64,000 bases of DNA from an uncultured Acidobacteriota bacterium (GCA_963770895.1 CAVYRF010000002.1:128001-192000), one strand, 5' to 3'. Counted from the stretch's first letter, positions 45,895 to 56,194 are shown. The notes: generated from the sequence alone by a model not told the origin. Program-made: numbers and translations.

Positions 45895-46570
45895 TGCCGA
45901 CTCCCTTCGTTGTCGTTTTTGTAAGTCTATCAAACGCCCGCTTCGCCAGCCAGAGGAAGACACGGGGATTGGGCCGCCCGGGCCGCTCATTTTGCGCCTA
46001 CTCATTACGCGCCACGGTCCAACGGATCGCCGCTGCCCGCGGGAGCAGCGCCCTGGCAAACGTCGCGTTTGCTGCAAGAGCGCTCAGTGCAAACCTGCAG
46101 AGCTCCTCGCTGGGCTCGGCGCTGCAGCCGATCCGCCGCGACTGCCAAGCGCTGGAGGACGCAGTGAGGCGCGCGGAGGCCGAAATCACTGGCCAGGTCT
46201 GGCTCAACAATCGGCAGGAGTGGCTACAGACCAACGACGTCGTGATCAGCCGAATCATCGACCGGCTGGCCGAGATCCGCTGAGCGGCGCGTCTGAGCCA
46301 TGGTTTGCTCCCCCAGCGGCGCGCAAGCATGGAGCGCGGATCGGAATCGGCGATCGTGCGGCCGGCTGCCTTTCCTCGGAACGCCTTCTCCTTGCCAGTC
46401 GCGGCCTGGCGCCGGGGTCTGGGAATAGTGAGCGATTGCGCACCGACTTCAATTTTCGATGCATCGAAAATTTCACAGCCAGCGGAATGGCGGCGTGCGG
46501 CGTGGCGCCGAGAGGAAAGTGCGGCCTCAGCCCACGCAGGCCGTGTAGCGTGTAGAGAGGCGCTGGACAT

Positions 46571-47038
46571 GTGGGCTGGTTGTGTTGCACCGCATCTGAG
46601 GAGCTGGCCGCGGGCGCCGACGCCGCCGGCCTGGCGCGCGAGGCGCGCGCGGGCGACCGGGCCGCGGCGGCGCTGGACCGCCGGGCGCTGCTGGCCGATC
46701 CGGCGCGCGAGACGGCCCGGCTGCAGGGCGAGCTGGCCGCGGCCGACGCCGAGTTAAGGCGGCTCAGCGCGGAGCTGGCAGCGCTGACCGTGCGGGCACC
46801 GTGCGCCGGCCGGTTGGGCGCGCCGCCGCCGCTGCTGCCGGGTGCGGCCGTCCGCCGCGGCGATGCGCTGGCTGTGTTGGCACCGCAGGCGGAGCAGCAC
46901 GTCGATGCCGCCCGGTCTGCGATCGAGCACCCCACACCTCCCGCCTTGAGGCTCGACCGGCGCGGTAGGATTGGCGCAACCGCGGCCAGCTGGCGGTCGG
47001 TGGGCTGGGTCGATGCATCAAGCCACGGTCTTCGCTAA
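46571..47038 (+). pseudogene. HlyD-family adaptor fragment
   Basis: Coiled coil followed by LTVRAPCAGRL...PGAAVRRGDALAVLAP (lipoyl-like half motif); both ends are missing. Confidence 0.6.
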
Positions 47039-47133
47039 CCCCCGCCCAATCCCGGCAGCCGGTGTCACGCCGGGCCGGTTCCGCGCCTATCTCCTCAGAC
47101 GGGGCGAATGAACGCCCTGCAAAGGAGACCGAG

Positions 47134-47307
47134 ATGATGCGCAAGTTGAGCTGGCTGGCACTCGCCGTGGCGCTCGCGGCACCGGTGGGAGCTGCATGGG
47201 CTGGGGATGGCAACGCTGGAAACGGCGTCAAGGCCGACAGCGCGCCCTGCTGCTGCTGCCCGAAGCCTTGTCCCAAGCCCTGTCCGCCGGACCACTGTCC
47301 GAGATAG
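47134..47307 (+). CDS. small secreted Cys/Pro-rich peptide
   Basis: AAAGGAG RBS; signal peptide ending AWA; mature tail CCCCPKPCPKPCPPDHCPR. Confidence 0.75.
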   Translation: MMRKLSWLALAVALAAPVGAAWAGDGNAGNGVKADSAPCCCCPKPCPKPCPPDHCPR

Positions 47308-47328
47308 CACGCGAGCGGGTCGTACCGG

Positions 47329-47865
47329 ATGGAGCGCATCGAGCGGGAATCGCTGCAGCGTCAGATCGTCCAGCTGGCGGACGGGGATCGCGAGGCGTTC
47401 CATCCGGTCTTCGTCCGTCTGTGGCCGCTGCTGCGCGGCTTCGCCGCCCGTTGCCTGCCGCACGAGGATGCCGAAGATGCGGCGCAGGAGGCGCTGCTGC
47501 GCATCTTCGCGCGCGCCGCCGAGTTCGACCGCCGACGCGACGCGCTGCCCTGGGTCCTCGGTATCGCCGCCTACGAGATCCGCAGCGCGCGCCGGAGGCG
47601 CTGGCGCCGGCGGGAGAGTCCCGCCGACGCGTCCGGCGAAAGGCCCGACTGCGGACGATCGCCGGAAGACGCGGCAATGGCGAGCGAGCTCGAGCGGACG
47701 CTCGCCGCCGCGATCGCGGTCCTTCCTCCCGGCGATACCGAGACCCTGCTGGCCTACGCTCGCGGCGAGCGCCCCGATCTTCCCGCTCCCACTTTCCGCA
47801 AGCGCGTCGAGCGCGCGCTGGCCCGCCTGCGCGTCGCCTGGAGGCTGCACCATGATCGTCGATGA
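47329..47865 (+). CDS. ECF RNA polymerase sigma factor
   Basis: LADGDREAF...DAEDAAQEALLRIF...PWVLGIA region 2 and a compact region 4 (TFRKRVERALARLR). Confidence 0.88.
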   Translation: MERIERESLQRQIVQLADGDREAFHPVFVRLWPLLRGFAARCLPHEDAEDAAQEALLRIFARAAEFDRRRDALPWVLGIAAYEIRSARRRRWRRRESPADASGERPDCGRSPEDAAMASELERTLAAAIAVLPPGDTETLLAYARGERPDLPAPTFRKRVERALARLRVAWRLHHDRR

Positions 47866-48385
47866 AGCGGATCTCGCCGCACGCGCCCGCCGGGCCTACG
47901 AGCGCGGGCGCCTGGGCTGGTCGGTCCGGCGCGCCCTGACGGCGGTCGCCATCACCGGCGTGAGCCTGGTGTCCTGCCGAGAGCCCGGCGGCCCGGTGGC
48001 CTGTGCCGCGGCGCTTGGCATCCTCCTCACCTTTTGCCTGTGGCGCGGCGGCGCCTGGGCGCGCGGCGCCCGGCTCGGCTTCCTGGCCGGCTTGGCGCCA
48101 TGCTTGTTCCCTGCCGCGGTCCGTGCCGTCCATGCCTGCACGGATCGCGTTTGCCTTGGCCCGTCGGCCGTCTGTCTCCTACCGAGCGTAGCGGCTGGAC
48201 TCCTCCTGGCGTGGCTCGGCCTGCGCGCTCGCGGCGACAGCCGCTTCTGGCTCGCCGCAGCGACCGTCATGATCCTGGCCGGCGCGATCGGCTGTCTGTT
48301 TGCCGGTCTCGCCGGCCTCGCCGCCATGTCGATCGGCATCCTCGCCGGCGCCACCGCACCGATGCTCTTCGTCCGCGCTGCGTGA
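47852..48385 (+). CDS. Cys-rich multi-TM membrane protein, putative anti-sigma factor
   Basis: Overlaps the sigma 3' end; 177 aa, about 5-6 TMs, 8 Cys including HACTDRVC...VC. Confidence 0.72.
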   Translation: MIVDEADLAARARRAYERGRLGWSVRRALTAVAITGVSLVSCREPGGPVACAAALGILLTFCLWRGGAWARGARLGFLAGLAPCLFPAAVRAVHACTDRVCLGPSAVCLLPSVAAGLLLAWLGLRARGDSRFWLAAATVMILAGAIGCLFAGLAGLAAMSIGILAGATAPMLFVRAA

Positions 48386-48544
48386 GAGCAGGGACCGCTC
48401 GGCGGAAATCAGCCGCCAGAGCCTCTCCAAAGGGACCGCGGGGCGCAACCCAGTCCGGCGGTGAGCGGGTGTGCGCGGCGCACCAGCCGAGGATTGCTCA
48501 CAATTCAAGCCCTCCCCGACCGACCGCTTTGCACTGGCCGGGCG

Positions 48545-49186
48545 ATGATCAATCGGATCATCAAGGGCCGCAGCTTCCGCGGCTTGCTGGACTGGCTGGC
48601 GAGCCGGCCGGGGGCGGAGATCGTGGGCGGCAACATGGAGGGCGCCAATCCGCGCGAGCTGGCGCGGGAGTTCGGCTTCGTGCGCCAGCTGCGGCCGCAG
48701 CTGGGGCGCGCGGTGTTGCACCTGCCGCTGCGGCTGCCGGCGGAAGAGGCGCTGACGCGCGAGGAGTGGTGCGCGGTGGCCGAGCGGGTGCTGGCCGGGC
48801 TGGGGTTTGCGGACACTCCGTAAACGCTGTTCCGCCACCTGCACCCCGGCGGCCATCATGTGCACCTGGTGGCGTCGCGTGTGACCTACACCGGCCATGT
48901 GGTGAACGAATCCAACGACTACTGCCGGGCGATGGCGATCCTGCGGCGCATCGAGGTCGAGTACGGGTTGCGCAGGGTGCCGTGCCCGACGTGGCGGGCG
49001 CGGGCGGCGCCGGCGCGGGAACGGCACGCCGTGGCGCGCAGCGCGCGGCCTTCGATGCGGGCGGCGTTGCAGAGCGTGGTCGGGGCGGCGGCCCGCGACT
49101 CCGGCACGATCGCGGAGTTCCTGGCCGAGCCAGGCCAGGCGAGCGCGACCGGCAGTGCTGGTGGGCGGTACGAGTTGTGTTGGTGA
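48545..49186 (+). pseudogene. MOBP-type relaxase relic
   Basis: IIKGRSFRGLLDW, VLHLPL, an in-frame TAA at 48821-48823, then RHLHPGGHHVHLVASR (HUH motif); truncated C-terminus. Confidence 0.85.
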
Positions 49187-49586
49187 TGGAGATCCCGGGC
49201 GGCCGGAACGGGCGGCGCCGGATGCTGACCGGCGCCGCGTCGACGAGGAGAGATGATAACGCTGGAGAGGAGGCGGGCCGACAGTGAGATTGTTACCGAG
49301 GGCCGGGACGCACGAGCCCGTCGCCGGGGCCGCGCCGGCAGCGGCTGTGGCGCCGGCGGTCGTGCACGCACCGCTTGACTGCATTCCCGCCATCTTGCAG
49401 CGCGGCGAACAACTTCGGCCGCGGCTTCGGCCACCTTCTCCGGCGGGACGTACGAGGTGCGCGACTCTTTGCTGGAGCTGCGCGTCCGCACGCCGCGGGC
49501 CGGCCTCCTCAGCTCCCGATCACCCCGGCGCGCGCGTAAGCCACCTGGCCGCGACCGCGGGCGGTGGACGGCGGCGCCGTCCCTGG

Positions 49587-50640
49587 CTATTTGACCCCGA
49601 CCCGCTGCGCCACGACCTCCAGGGCGAGGGTCTCCGTCGTGCCATTGTTGAAGGTGAAGACCAGGTGCCGAGTCTTCTGCTCGCTGGTCACCCCTTCCTG
49701 TCGGAGGTTGTTGAGCAGGACCGCGTCCTTGCCCGCGACCACAGGGCTCGACAGCTTGGTGCCATCCATCGTAACTGAGTCCAGGTTCGCGACCTTCTCG
49801 ACCGGCACCACCATTAGGTCGGTATTCTGAACGACCGGCGAATCCAACCCGATCTTGGGCAGCGCCGGCTTGGCCTGTGGGGTGGGCGGCGGCAGATCGA
49901 GGAGGATCGGACGTTGCGGGACCTTGTTCGCATCCAGCTTCTGCAGGACGAGCTTTTTATGAGTCGCGAGGAACGCCTTCGGCACCTCCAAGAGGACCAT
50001 CCGGTCCCCCGGCACGCCGTCCAGCGGCTGCAACCGGACCGTGGTATCCCCAACCACCTTCGCATGGGCCAACCCGTTGCCGACCAGCAGGTAGCTTGCG
50101 GTCCCCTTCTTGTCCACCGCGAGAAGCGTGACCTGCTCCACCGCCGCGTCGAGGGCAAAATCGGGCAGCGCATACTCGTCGCTCAAGCAAGGCTCGCCTT
50201 CGGGCCGCATCTCGCCGGGTCCGGAGGTCCTGACCGCAAAGAGCTCAAAGGCGCGGACCTTGCGGCTGGCAACGAGAAGCGCCGTGGGCACGATCGCCGA
50301 CATGCGGCTGTCGTGGTCGTTGCGGTCGATGACGGCGGCCGTATCGTTGAGGCCGAATATCTTATGGCCGATATCGAGCAACACCGGAGCGAGCGTATCG
50401 GGAGAGTCCTTTTCGAACTCAACTTCAACCTTAGAGCTGACGGCATCGACGGGGTCACTGTCACCTGCGCGATAGCGATCGTCTCGTCGCACTCCGCAGG
50501 GGTTTCATCCGGCGCCGTCGGCGCCTGTGGCGGCGACGGCGCACTGGGCGAAGTCGACGCCGCTGCCGGCGGCGGCTGTGCGCAGGAGATCTGGTCGATC
50601 TTCGGCACGTCCGGCTGTGCCAGCGGCTTCAGGATGTCGC
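49587..50640 (-). pseudogene. C-terminal fragment of a large beta-rich protein, frameshifted near 50450
   Basis: Two overlapping ORFs with protein-like composition switch frame around VTVTP/VDAVSSKVEV; no credible start. Confidence 0.45.
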
Positions 50641-51109
50641 TGGTTCGCCGCCGCCGCCGGCATGGCTGGCGTGAGCGAGCGGTGCGCGCAGTAAGCGAGC
50701 GGCAGAAGACCACGCCCCCGAGTTCGCGGAGCGGAGATTGATAGCGTACCACCGAGGAACTCCGAACACGATACCGCTAGACAGGTTGTCGCTTGAGACG
50801 AGACGCCGCTTGCTCGCCGAGCCAGAAGCGATCAAGCGCGGTAACTTGGCAGCTCCCTGATCAGCGCTTACATTGCTCCAGGCTCATAGACCTATCGCCA
50901 CGCGTCTATTGCTGGTGGCCTGGCGGATTGCTACGCTATCTTCGCCCTATCTGCCTGGTCCGTGCTGCTCTCGAAAGGGTTGGTGGATCGTAAATAGCAC
51001 TGCGGGGCCTGGGGTCGTCCCCCTGTAAGCTAACATTCACGAAAACAAAGCACTATTCTCATCGTAGTCCAGGAGCCGCTCGGATGCTGCGGTTGCAAAG
51101 GAGAACGAA

Positions 51110-52063
51110 ATGAGAACAAAGCTTGTGGCGTTCGTCCTGATTCTCTTAGGAGCTATCGCTTGCTCTAACCAGCTTACCAGACCCAAGGCAGAACAGCTTA
51201 TCAATGATCGTCCGGACTTCGCATCGACCTCCAAAATTGCTCTCACTGAGAGCGGCATCAAGCGGGACGGCTTGGATGCCGGTGCTCTGGAGGGTTTGTG
51301 GATATTGAAAAGTGGGCGGCGCCAGCTAACGGAGAAAGGCGGGCAGTTCTTCGCCGACACGACAGGGGCGCTCGTGCACCCGGCCACACGCCGAGTAGTC
51401 GAGGTCACCGGAATAGCTGATGTCCCGGGAGCGCAGAACTTGAAGGAGGTCGACTTTACGTGGAAATATAAGGATCTTCCGGATGTTGTTGAGCGCTATA
51501 CAGGTCAGAGTGCAACTCCAGATACAGGTGAAGCAGTAATGCAGCTGTTTGATGACGGTTGGCGTGTGCAACAGTTGAACTTCCAGGAATCATCAAGAGC
51601 CCCATTTCAATGGACAGATTCCCTCATGAAGCAACTGGAAGCCGAGAAGCTCTCTCGGCGGCCGACCAAGACGCTCGCCAGCCATCGCTTAGGTTGGGCA
51701 GAGTTCGTAATGGGTTCGGGTAGAGTCACTTTTATCGATCTGACAGATGCCACCGTGAAAGTACGCCTCCTCGATCTTCGATCAGGTTTCGATCAGTGGT
51801 ATCGCGACGGCAACGGCCCGCGTGGAATATTCGCAGTGAATTCTGATACGCAGATAGGACTATATGACCTTGCGGATGTGACAGATTGCAGCATAAACCC
51901 TACATCGATCGGTGCTCCGGCCTACAGCGTCACCCTGGAAACCACGAAGGAAACATTAACTATGCAGCACAATGCCGGAGAGAACCAGGGGGCTGTGGTT
52001 AAGGCCGTTTGCGATGATGTGCTGCGCGCCCGAGATGCCTGGCGCGCGAAGTGGCGGCATTAA
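51110..52063 (+). CDS. hypothetical lipoprotein (lower GC)
   Basis: AAAGGAG RBS; lipobox LGAIA-C; visibly more AT-rich than the flanks. Confidence 0.8.
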   Translation: MRTKLVAFVLILLGAIACSNQLTRPKAEQLINDRPDFASTSKIALTESGIKRDGLDAGALEGLWILKSGRRQLTEKGGQFFADTTGALVHPATRRVVEVTGIADVPGAQNLKEVDFTWKYKDLPDVVERYTGQSATPDTGEAVMQLFDDGWRVQQLNFQESSRAPFQWTDSLMKQLEAEKLSRRPTKTLASHRLGWAEFVMGSGRVTFIDLTDATVKVRLLDLRSGFDQWYRDGNGPRGIFAVNSDTQIGLYDLADVTDCSINPTSIGAPAYSVTLETTKETLTMQHNAGENQGAVVKAVCDDVLRARDAWRAKWRH

Positions 52064-52283
52064 CCCAGCCGCCGCCGGCCTCACTGTTGACATAGACGTC
52101 CCTGGCGCCCTCGGATAACATCTCTTGAGCGTCGGAGTAGCGCCCCTCGTTGGCCGCGGCCATGAAGGCTTTCACGACCGCGGAAGGAGATTTCTCAAAC
52201 ATGATGGCACAGGATGCAAGGACTCCCAGCGCGAGGATGCAAAAGGTGGTAGCGGCGCTGTGCGCGGAAAGGAAGGCAGACAC
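51999..52283 (-). pseudogene. truncated DUF4878-like lipoprotein
   Basis: GAGGAGG RBS then GTG; VLAS-C lipobox and SPSAVVKAFMAAANEGRYSDA. It then runs into the 3' end of the convergent gene. Confidence 0.55.
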
Positions 52284-52342
52284 GTTGCCCTCCTCGATTG
52301 GGAGTCTTCCCGGGTCACCGGCACCCATTCCGCGGCGACCCC

Positions 52343-54337
52343 CTATTTGTTGCCTTCGGCCAAGCGCTCCGCCTCGCAGCGGATGTGCCGTGCTTCGTCG
52401 TGATCACCGCGGGCCTCGAAGATGTCGGCGATCCTGCCCATCGTCACCGCCCGCTCGCGCACGGCGCCCAGGCGTTCGAAGACTGGGAGCTGCTCCTCGC
52501 AGCGAATGCGCAGGGCCTCGTCGAGGTCACCGCGCGCTTGGAAGACGTCGGCGATCTTGCCCATCGTTACTGCCCGATCTCGCACGGCGCCCAGCCGGTC
52601 GTACACGGGAAGCTGCTCCTCCCGGCGGATGCGCAGAGCCTCGTCGAGGTCGCCACGGGATTGCAAGGCGTCGGCAATCTTGCCCATCGTCACCGCCCGA
52701 TCCCGCACGGCGCCCAGCCGTTCGTACACGGGAAGCTGCTCCTCCCGGCGGATACGCAGGGCCTCGTCGAGGTCGCCGCGGGAGTACAAGACATCGGCGA
52801 TTTTGCCCATCGTCACCGCCCGATCTCGCACGGCGCCCAGCCGTTCGTAGACAGGAAGCTCCTCCTGGCGGCGGATGCGGTGGGCCTCATCGAGGTCGCC
52901 GCGGGATTGCAAGACGTCGGCGATCTTGCCCATCGTCACCGCCCGATCCCGCACGGCGCCCAGCCGCTCGTACACGGGAAGCTCTTCCTCGCGGCGGATG
53001 CGAAGGGCCTCGTCGAGGTCGCCGCGGGATTGCAAGACGTCGGCGATCTTGCCCATCGTCACCGCCCGCTCCCGCACGGCGCCCAGCCGTTCATACACGG
53101 GAAGCTGTTCCTCGCGGCGGATGCGCAGGGCCTCGTCGAGGTCGCCGCGAGCGTGCAAGACATCGGCAATCTGGCCCATCGTCACCGCCCGCTCCCGCAC
53201 GGCGCCCAGCCGTTCATAGACAGGAAGCTCCTCCTCGCAACGGATGCGAAGGGCCTCGTCGAGGTCGCCGCGGGCGTGCAGGACAGCGGCGATTTTGCCC
53301 ATCGTTACCGCCCGTTCCCTCGCTGCGCCCAGCCGTTGATAGACGGGAAGCTCCTCCTCGCGGCGGATGCGCAGAGCCTCGTCGAGGTCACCGCGGGCCT
53401 GAAGTACATCCGCCAAGATTCCAGCAGCCGAAGCAGCGCCCCTATCCTCTCCTCGCGCTTGATCCAAACCGACCTTCTCCCGTGCGGCCGCAGCAGCGCG
53501 CTCCCAGTCCCCAGCGCGCCATGCCACGTTGCTGAGCATCCAAAGCAAGGCAGACCGTGCATCGTCCGTGAGAGAGCGTCGGAGCGATACCTCGCAAAAA
53601 CCCGCCCAGGCGTGCCAAGGACCGTGGTGCCAGGCAAAATCCATTCCTACGTGAGCCACTTGCACGGCCCCAATGCCGTCCAGACCGTCTAGCCAGAGGC
53701 CGAGCGCGTCGGCCTCTGCCTGGATCTCCTGCCAGCGCCTCGTTTGTTCCAGTTCCTGTCCGTACGGGAGAGCAGGGAGGCGCGCGAGAAACCATCCGGT
53801 AATCCGGCGATGCGCCGTCCGGTCGAAGTGACGCCGGCCCAGCGACCGCAGGAACTCCGCCAGCAGCGGGTGGATCCGATACGCCCGGCCAAGGCGTTCC
53901 GCTCGCGGGATGGGATCGAGGAGGGAAAGGCGGCGGGCGGCGACCGTGAGGTCTTCGAACGCAAGCGGGGCCAGGCCCGCGATCATGGCCCCCAGGCTGA
54001 GGCCGAATCCGGCGGCTGGGGCGTGACCGAGGTGGGCGAGGGCCGCCATCCAACGCTTGGCGTGCGTGCCGGCCTGAGCCTGCAGAAGGTCCAGAGAAGA
54101 GCGAAACGCGCCTGCCAACATGGAGCGCGTAGGATCGCCTTGGAGCGCCCGCTCGGCGGCGTCCGCGGCGCCCAGCGCCAGTCCTGCGCGGTGCAGATGG
54201 TCCACAAATCCGTCGACCGATGATCCGGCACGGAGGTGTCCGCCGGCCAGATGAATCGCCAAGGGCAGGAAGCCCACGGCCTGCACCAGGCGCCGGTAGT
54301 CCGCGGTGTCCTGGCGTGCTCCCTCTTCGCCCAGCCC
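52343..54337 (-). pseudogene. N-terminally truncated STAND/NB-ARC-type protein with a TPR repeat array
   Basis: GFLPLAIHLAG (GxP) and YRIHPLL (MHD-like) are present but no P-loop; C-terminal 41-aa repeats. Confidence 0.75.
52375..53422 (-). repeat. 123-bp coding tandem repeat, about 8.5 copies
   Basis: Unit GKIADVLQSRGDLDEALRIRREEELPVYERLGAVRDRAVTM; gcccatcgtcaccgccc recurs at 52682 and 52805, 123 bp apart. Confidence 0.95.
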
Positions 54338-54720
54338 CCGGCATCCTGATCCGCCTGCGCAACGAACGCACCGAAGCGTTCGATATTGCCTCCGTCGACC
54401 TCCTCGACCGTGCCGCCGCTACGGCTCCGGCTCCGCGGCAGGACGCATCCTGCTTAAGCGCGCCTTTTGGCTTGGAGCAGTTCGGCCACGAAATCAACGG
54501 GGGAGCTCCCCCCTCCCGGCAGCCTCACCGGCGAGCCGACCGGCATCAAGGCCGGAGCGGGCGACGCATCGGCGAACGCTGCGAGAGCCGCCTCGGCGGG
54601 GGCCCTGGCCAGCGCGGTGGACCTGAGCGCGTTCTAGTCTTCCAATATTGGAGTAACTGGAATATAAGGCCTATCCGGTTGTAGTGTGCGCCCACCCACG
54701 GGGGTCGGGTGTACGACAGT

Positions 54721-54987
54721 CTACTCATAGTGCGACCACATCCGGATCACCACTACGACCCGCTCCGCCTCGTCGATCCTGTAGACCAGCCGATGCTGAA
54801 TGTTGATCCGCCGGGAGTATGCTCCCGCGAGGTCGCCCAGGAGCTTTTCGAAGGGAGGATGGGGCTTGGACGGATTGTCAGCGAGGACGAGAAGGAGCTT
54901 TTCCGCCCTGGGGCGCAACCCCTTGGAGGCCAGTTTCTGCGCATCCTTCTGCGCCTGCTTGGTGAAAACGACTCGCCATGGGGTCAC
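54721..54987 (-). CDS. Txe/YoeB family toxin
   Basis: FTKQAQKD, EKLLGDLAGAYSRRINIQHRLVY and MWSHYE motifs; GTG start overlaps the antitoxin stop. Confidence 0.93.
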   Translation of the reverse strand: MTPWRVVFTKQAQKDAQKLASKGLRPRAEKLLLVLADNPSKPHPPFEKLLGDLAGAYSRRINIQHRLVYRIDEAERVVVVIRMWSHYE

Positions 54988-55226
54988 CAGCCCGGATTCT
55001 CCGAGCACTCCTCGATTGGTGCCCTAAGTCCCTCGCGGATCGACTCTCGCATCCCGGGGATGGACAACAGGTACAGCGTCTCCTGCATCGCGCGCCAGTC
55101 CTGCTCCGAGACGAGCACGGCATTCCCCTTCTTGCCGGTGATCTGAACCGGCTCGCTCGACTCTGCGGTCTCGTCCAGCAGCCGGTAGAGATTGGCCCTC
55201 GCCGCGCTCGCAGTCATGCTCTTCAT
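54984..55226 (-). CDS. Phd/YefM family antitoxin
   Basis: ASAARANLYRLLDE...PVQITGKKGNAVLVSEQDW...ETLYLLSIPGM. Confidence 0.93.
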   Translation of the reverse strand: MKSMTASAARANLYRLLDETAESSEPVQITGKKGNAVLVSEQDWRAMQETLYLLSIPGMRESIREGLRAPIEECSENPGW

Positions 55227-55852
55227 GCCGACAGCGTACGATAAAACGTACGCAGCGTCAAGCTTCCTTCCCCGCGATGAGCAAGGAGCGCCAAGAAGAC
55301 GCCGTCCTCCCCGGTGAGCGCCGATCTTTCCTCGCCGTCGAGCCGGTTGCGCACCACGATCGTGACGCCCGCGAGCGGCAGGCCGCCGGTGGTGACGCGG
55401 CCGCGCAGCGTCGCGCCGCTCGCCGCCGCCTCCTGCCGCGCCGGCGCCAGCTTGGGGGCGGCTGGCCCGACCGGCGAGCCGATGGCACTCGCCGCGGCCG
55501 CCGGCTCCGCCGCCCGCGCCAGCCCTCCTCCGGCGCCCAGGCAGACCGCGACCATCCCGACGGCGAGGGCGGGAATGTATCGCGGAACAGACTGCGGCGC
55601 GGGCGGCGGGAGCTGGGGCTCTCCTGCCGTGACCAGGCGCCCGTCCTGCCGCGTCAAGCGCGCGCACAGCTTGCCGCGGCTCGCTTGCAGATGGGCGCGG
55701 ATCTGGGTGGGCGACATCTGCGCGAAGTCGAAAACCTTGCATTCGCACTCCCCGCAGAACCGCCGCACGCCATCACCTGTCATCTGCTCCCAGGAGGTGT
55801 GACATTCGAAACCGATCACCAACCGGTTCAGCGTCTCGCTCGCGTTTGCCAT
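55223..55852 (-). pseudogene. truncated protein with a Cys-rich N-terminus and a carboxypeptidase-regulatory-like domain
   Basis: CHTSWEQM...RFCGEC...LCARL, then a TM and LRGRVTTGGLPLAGVTIVV; it breaks off in the TA promoter. Confidence 0.65.
55233..55261 (-). promoter_or_regulatory. TA promoter/operator
   Basis: TTGACG-N17-TACGCT, ending 6 nt before the ATG; inverted repeat GCGTACG-N6-CGTACGC at 55234-55253. Confidence 0.75.
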
Positions 55853-56194
55853 GAAGCCTCCCGTCCCGCCCTTTGAATCGCGCAACTGCCGGAAGCGTTA
55901 CCGTCCTGAAGCTGCAACTAGATTGCAAATTGCGTACCGCCGGCGCGCCAGAGAGAACAACCGTCGGCTGGTTCAGGGTATTAGACTCAAAAAAATGGAC
56001 CATGCAACTCTGGATGTATCGCCGGCGGAGCCAAATCCGTCCATCTTGATGTGGAGTGCCCTGCTGGCACCTCGCCGTCCGGCCGCGCCGGCGATCCCGG
56101 CGATCAGGATCGGCCGTCGGCGGCATGCAACGGCGATGCTACGATTCGGTTGCGTAGACCGATCACGGCGCGGCATGGCGACAAGGAACTTACG

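Noticed and set aside
45894-46283. Helical-looking ORF on the + strand next to the Gly-Gly peptide
   Set aside because: No RBS or recognisable motif; it may be another gene tail, but this cannot be supported.
44801-48823. In-frame TAG/TAA as stop-codon recoding (pyrrolysine or an alternative code)
   Set aside because: TAG and TAA end normal genes in this window (rpmF, ackA, gnd, the H1-like gene), the two internal stops differ, and no pyl genes are seen. Decay is the simpler explanation.
52375-53422. 123-bp repeats as a CRISPR array or DGR template/variable repeats
   Set aside because: They are coding tandem TPR units, the variation does not look adenine-specific, and no reverse transcriptase is present.
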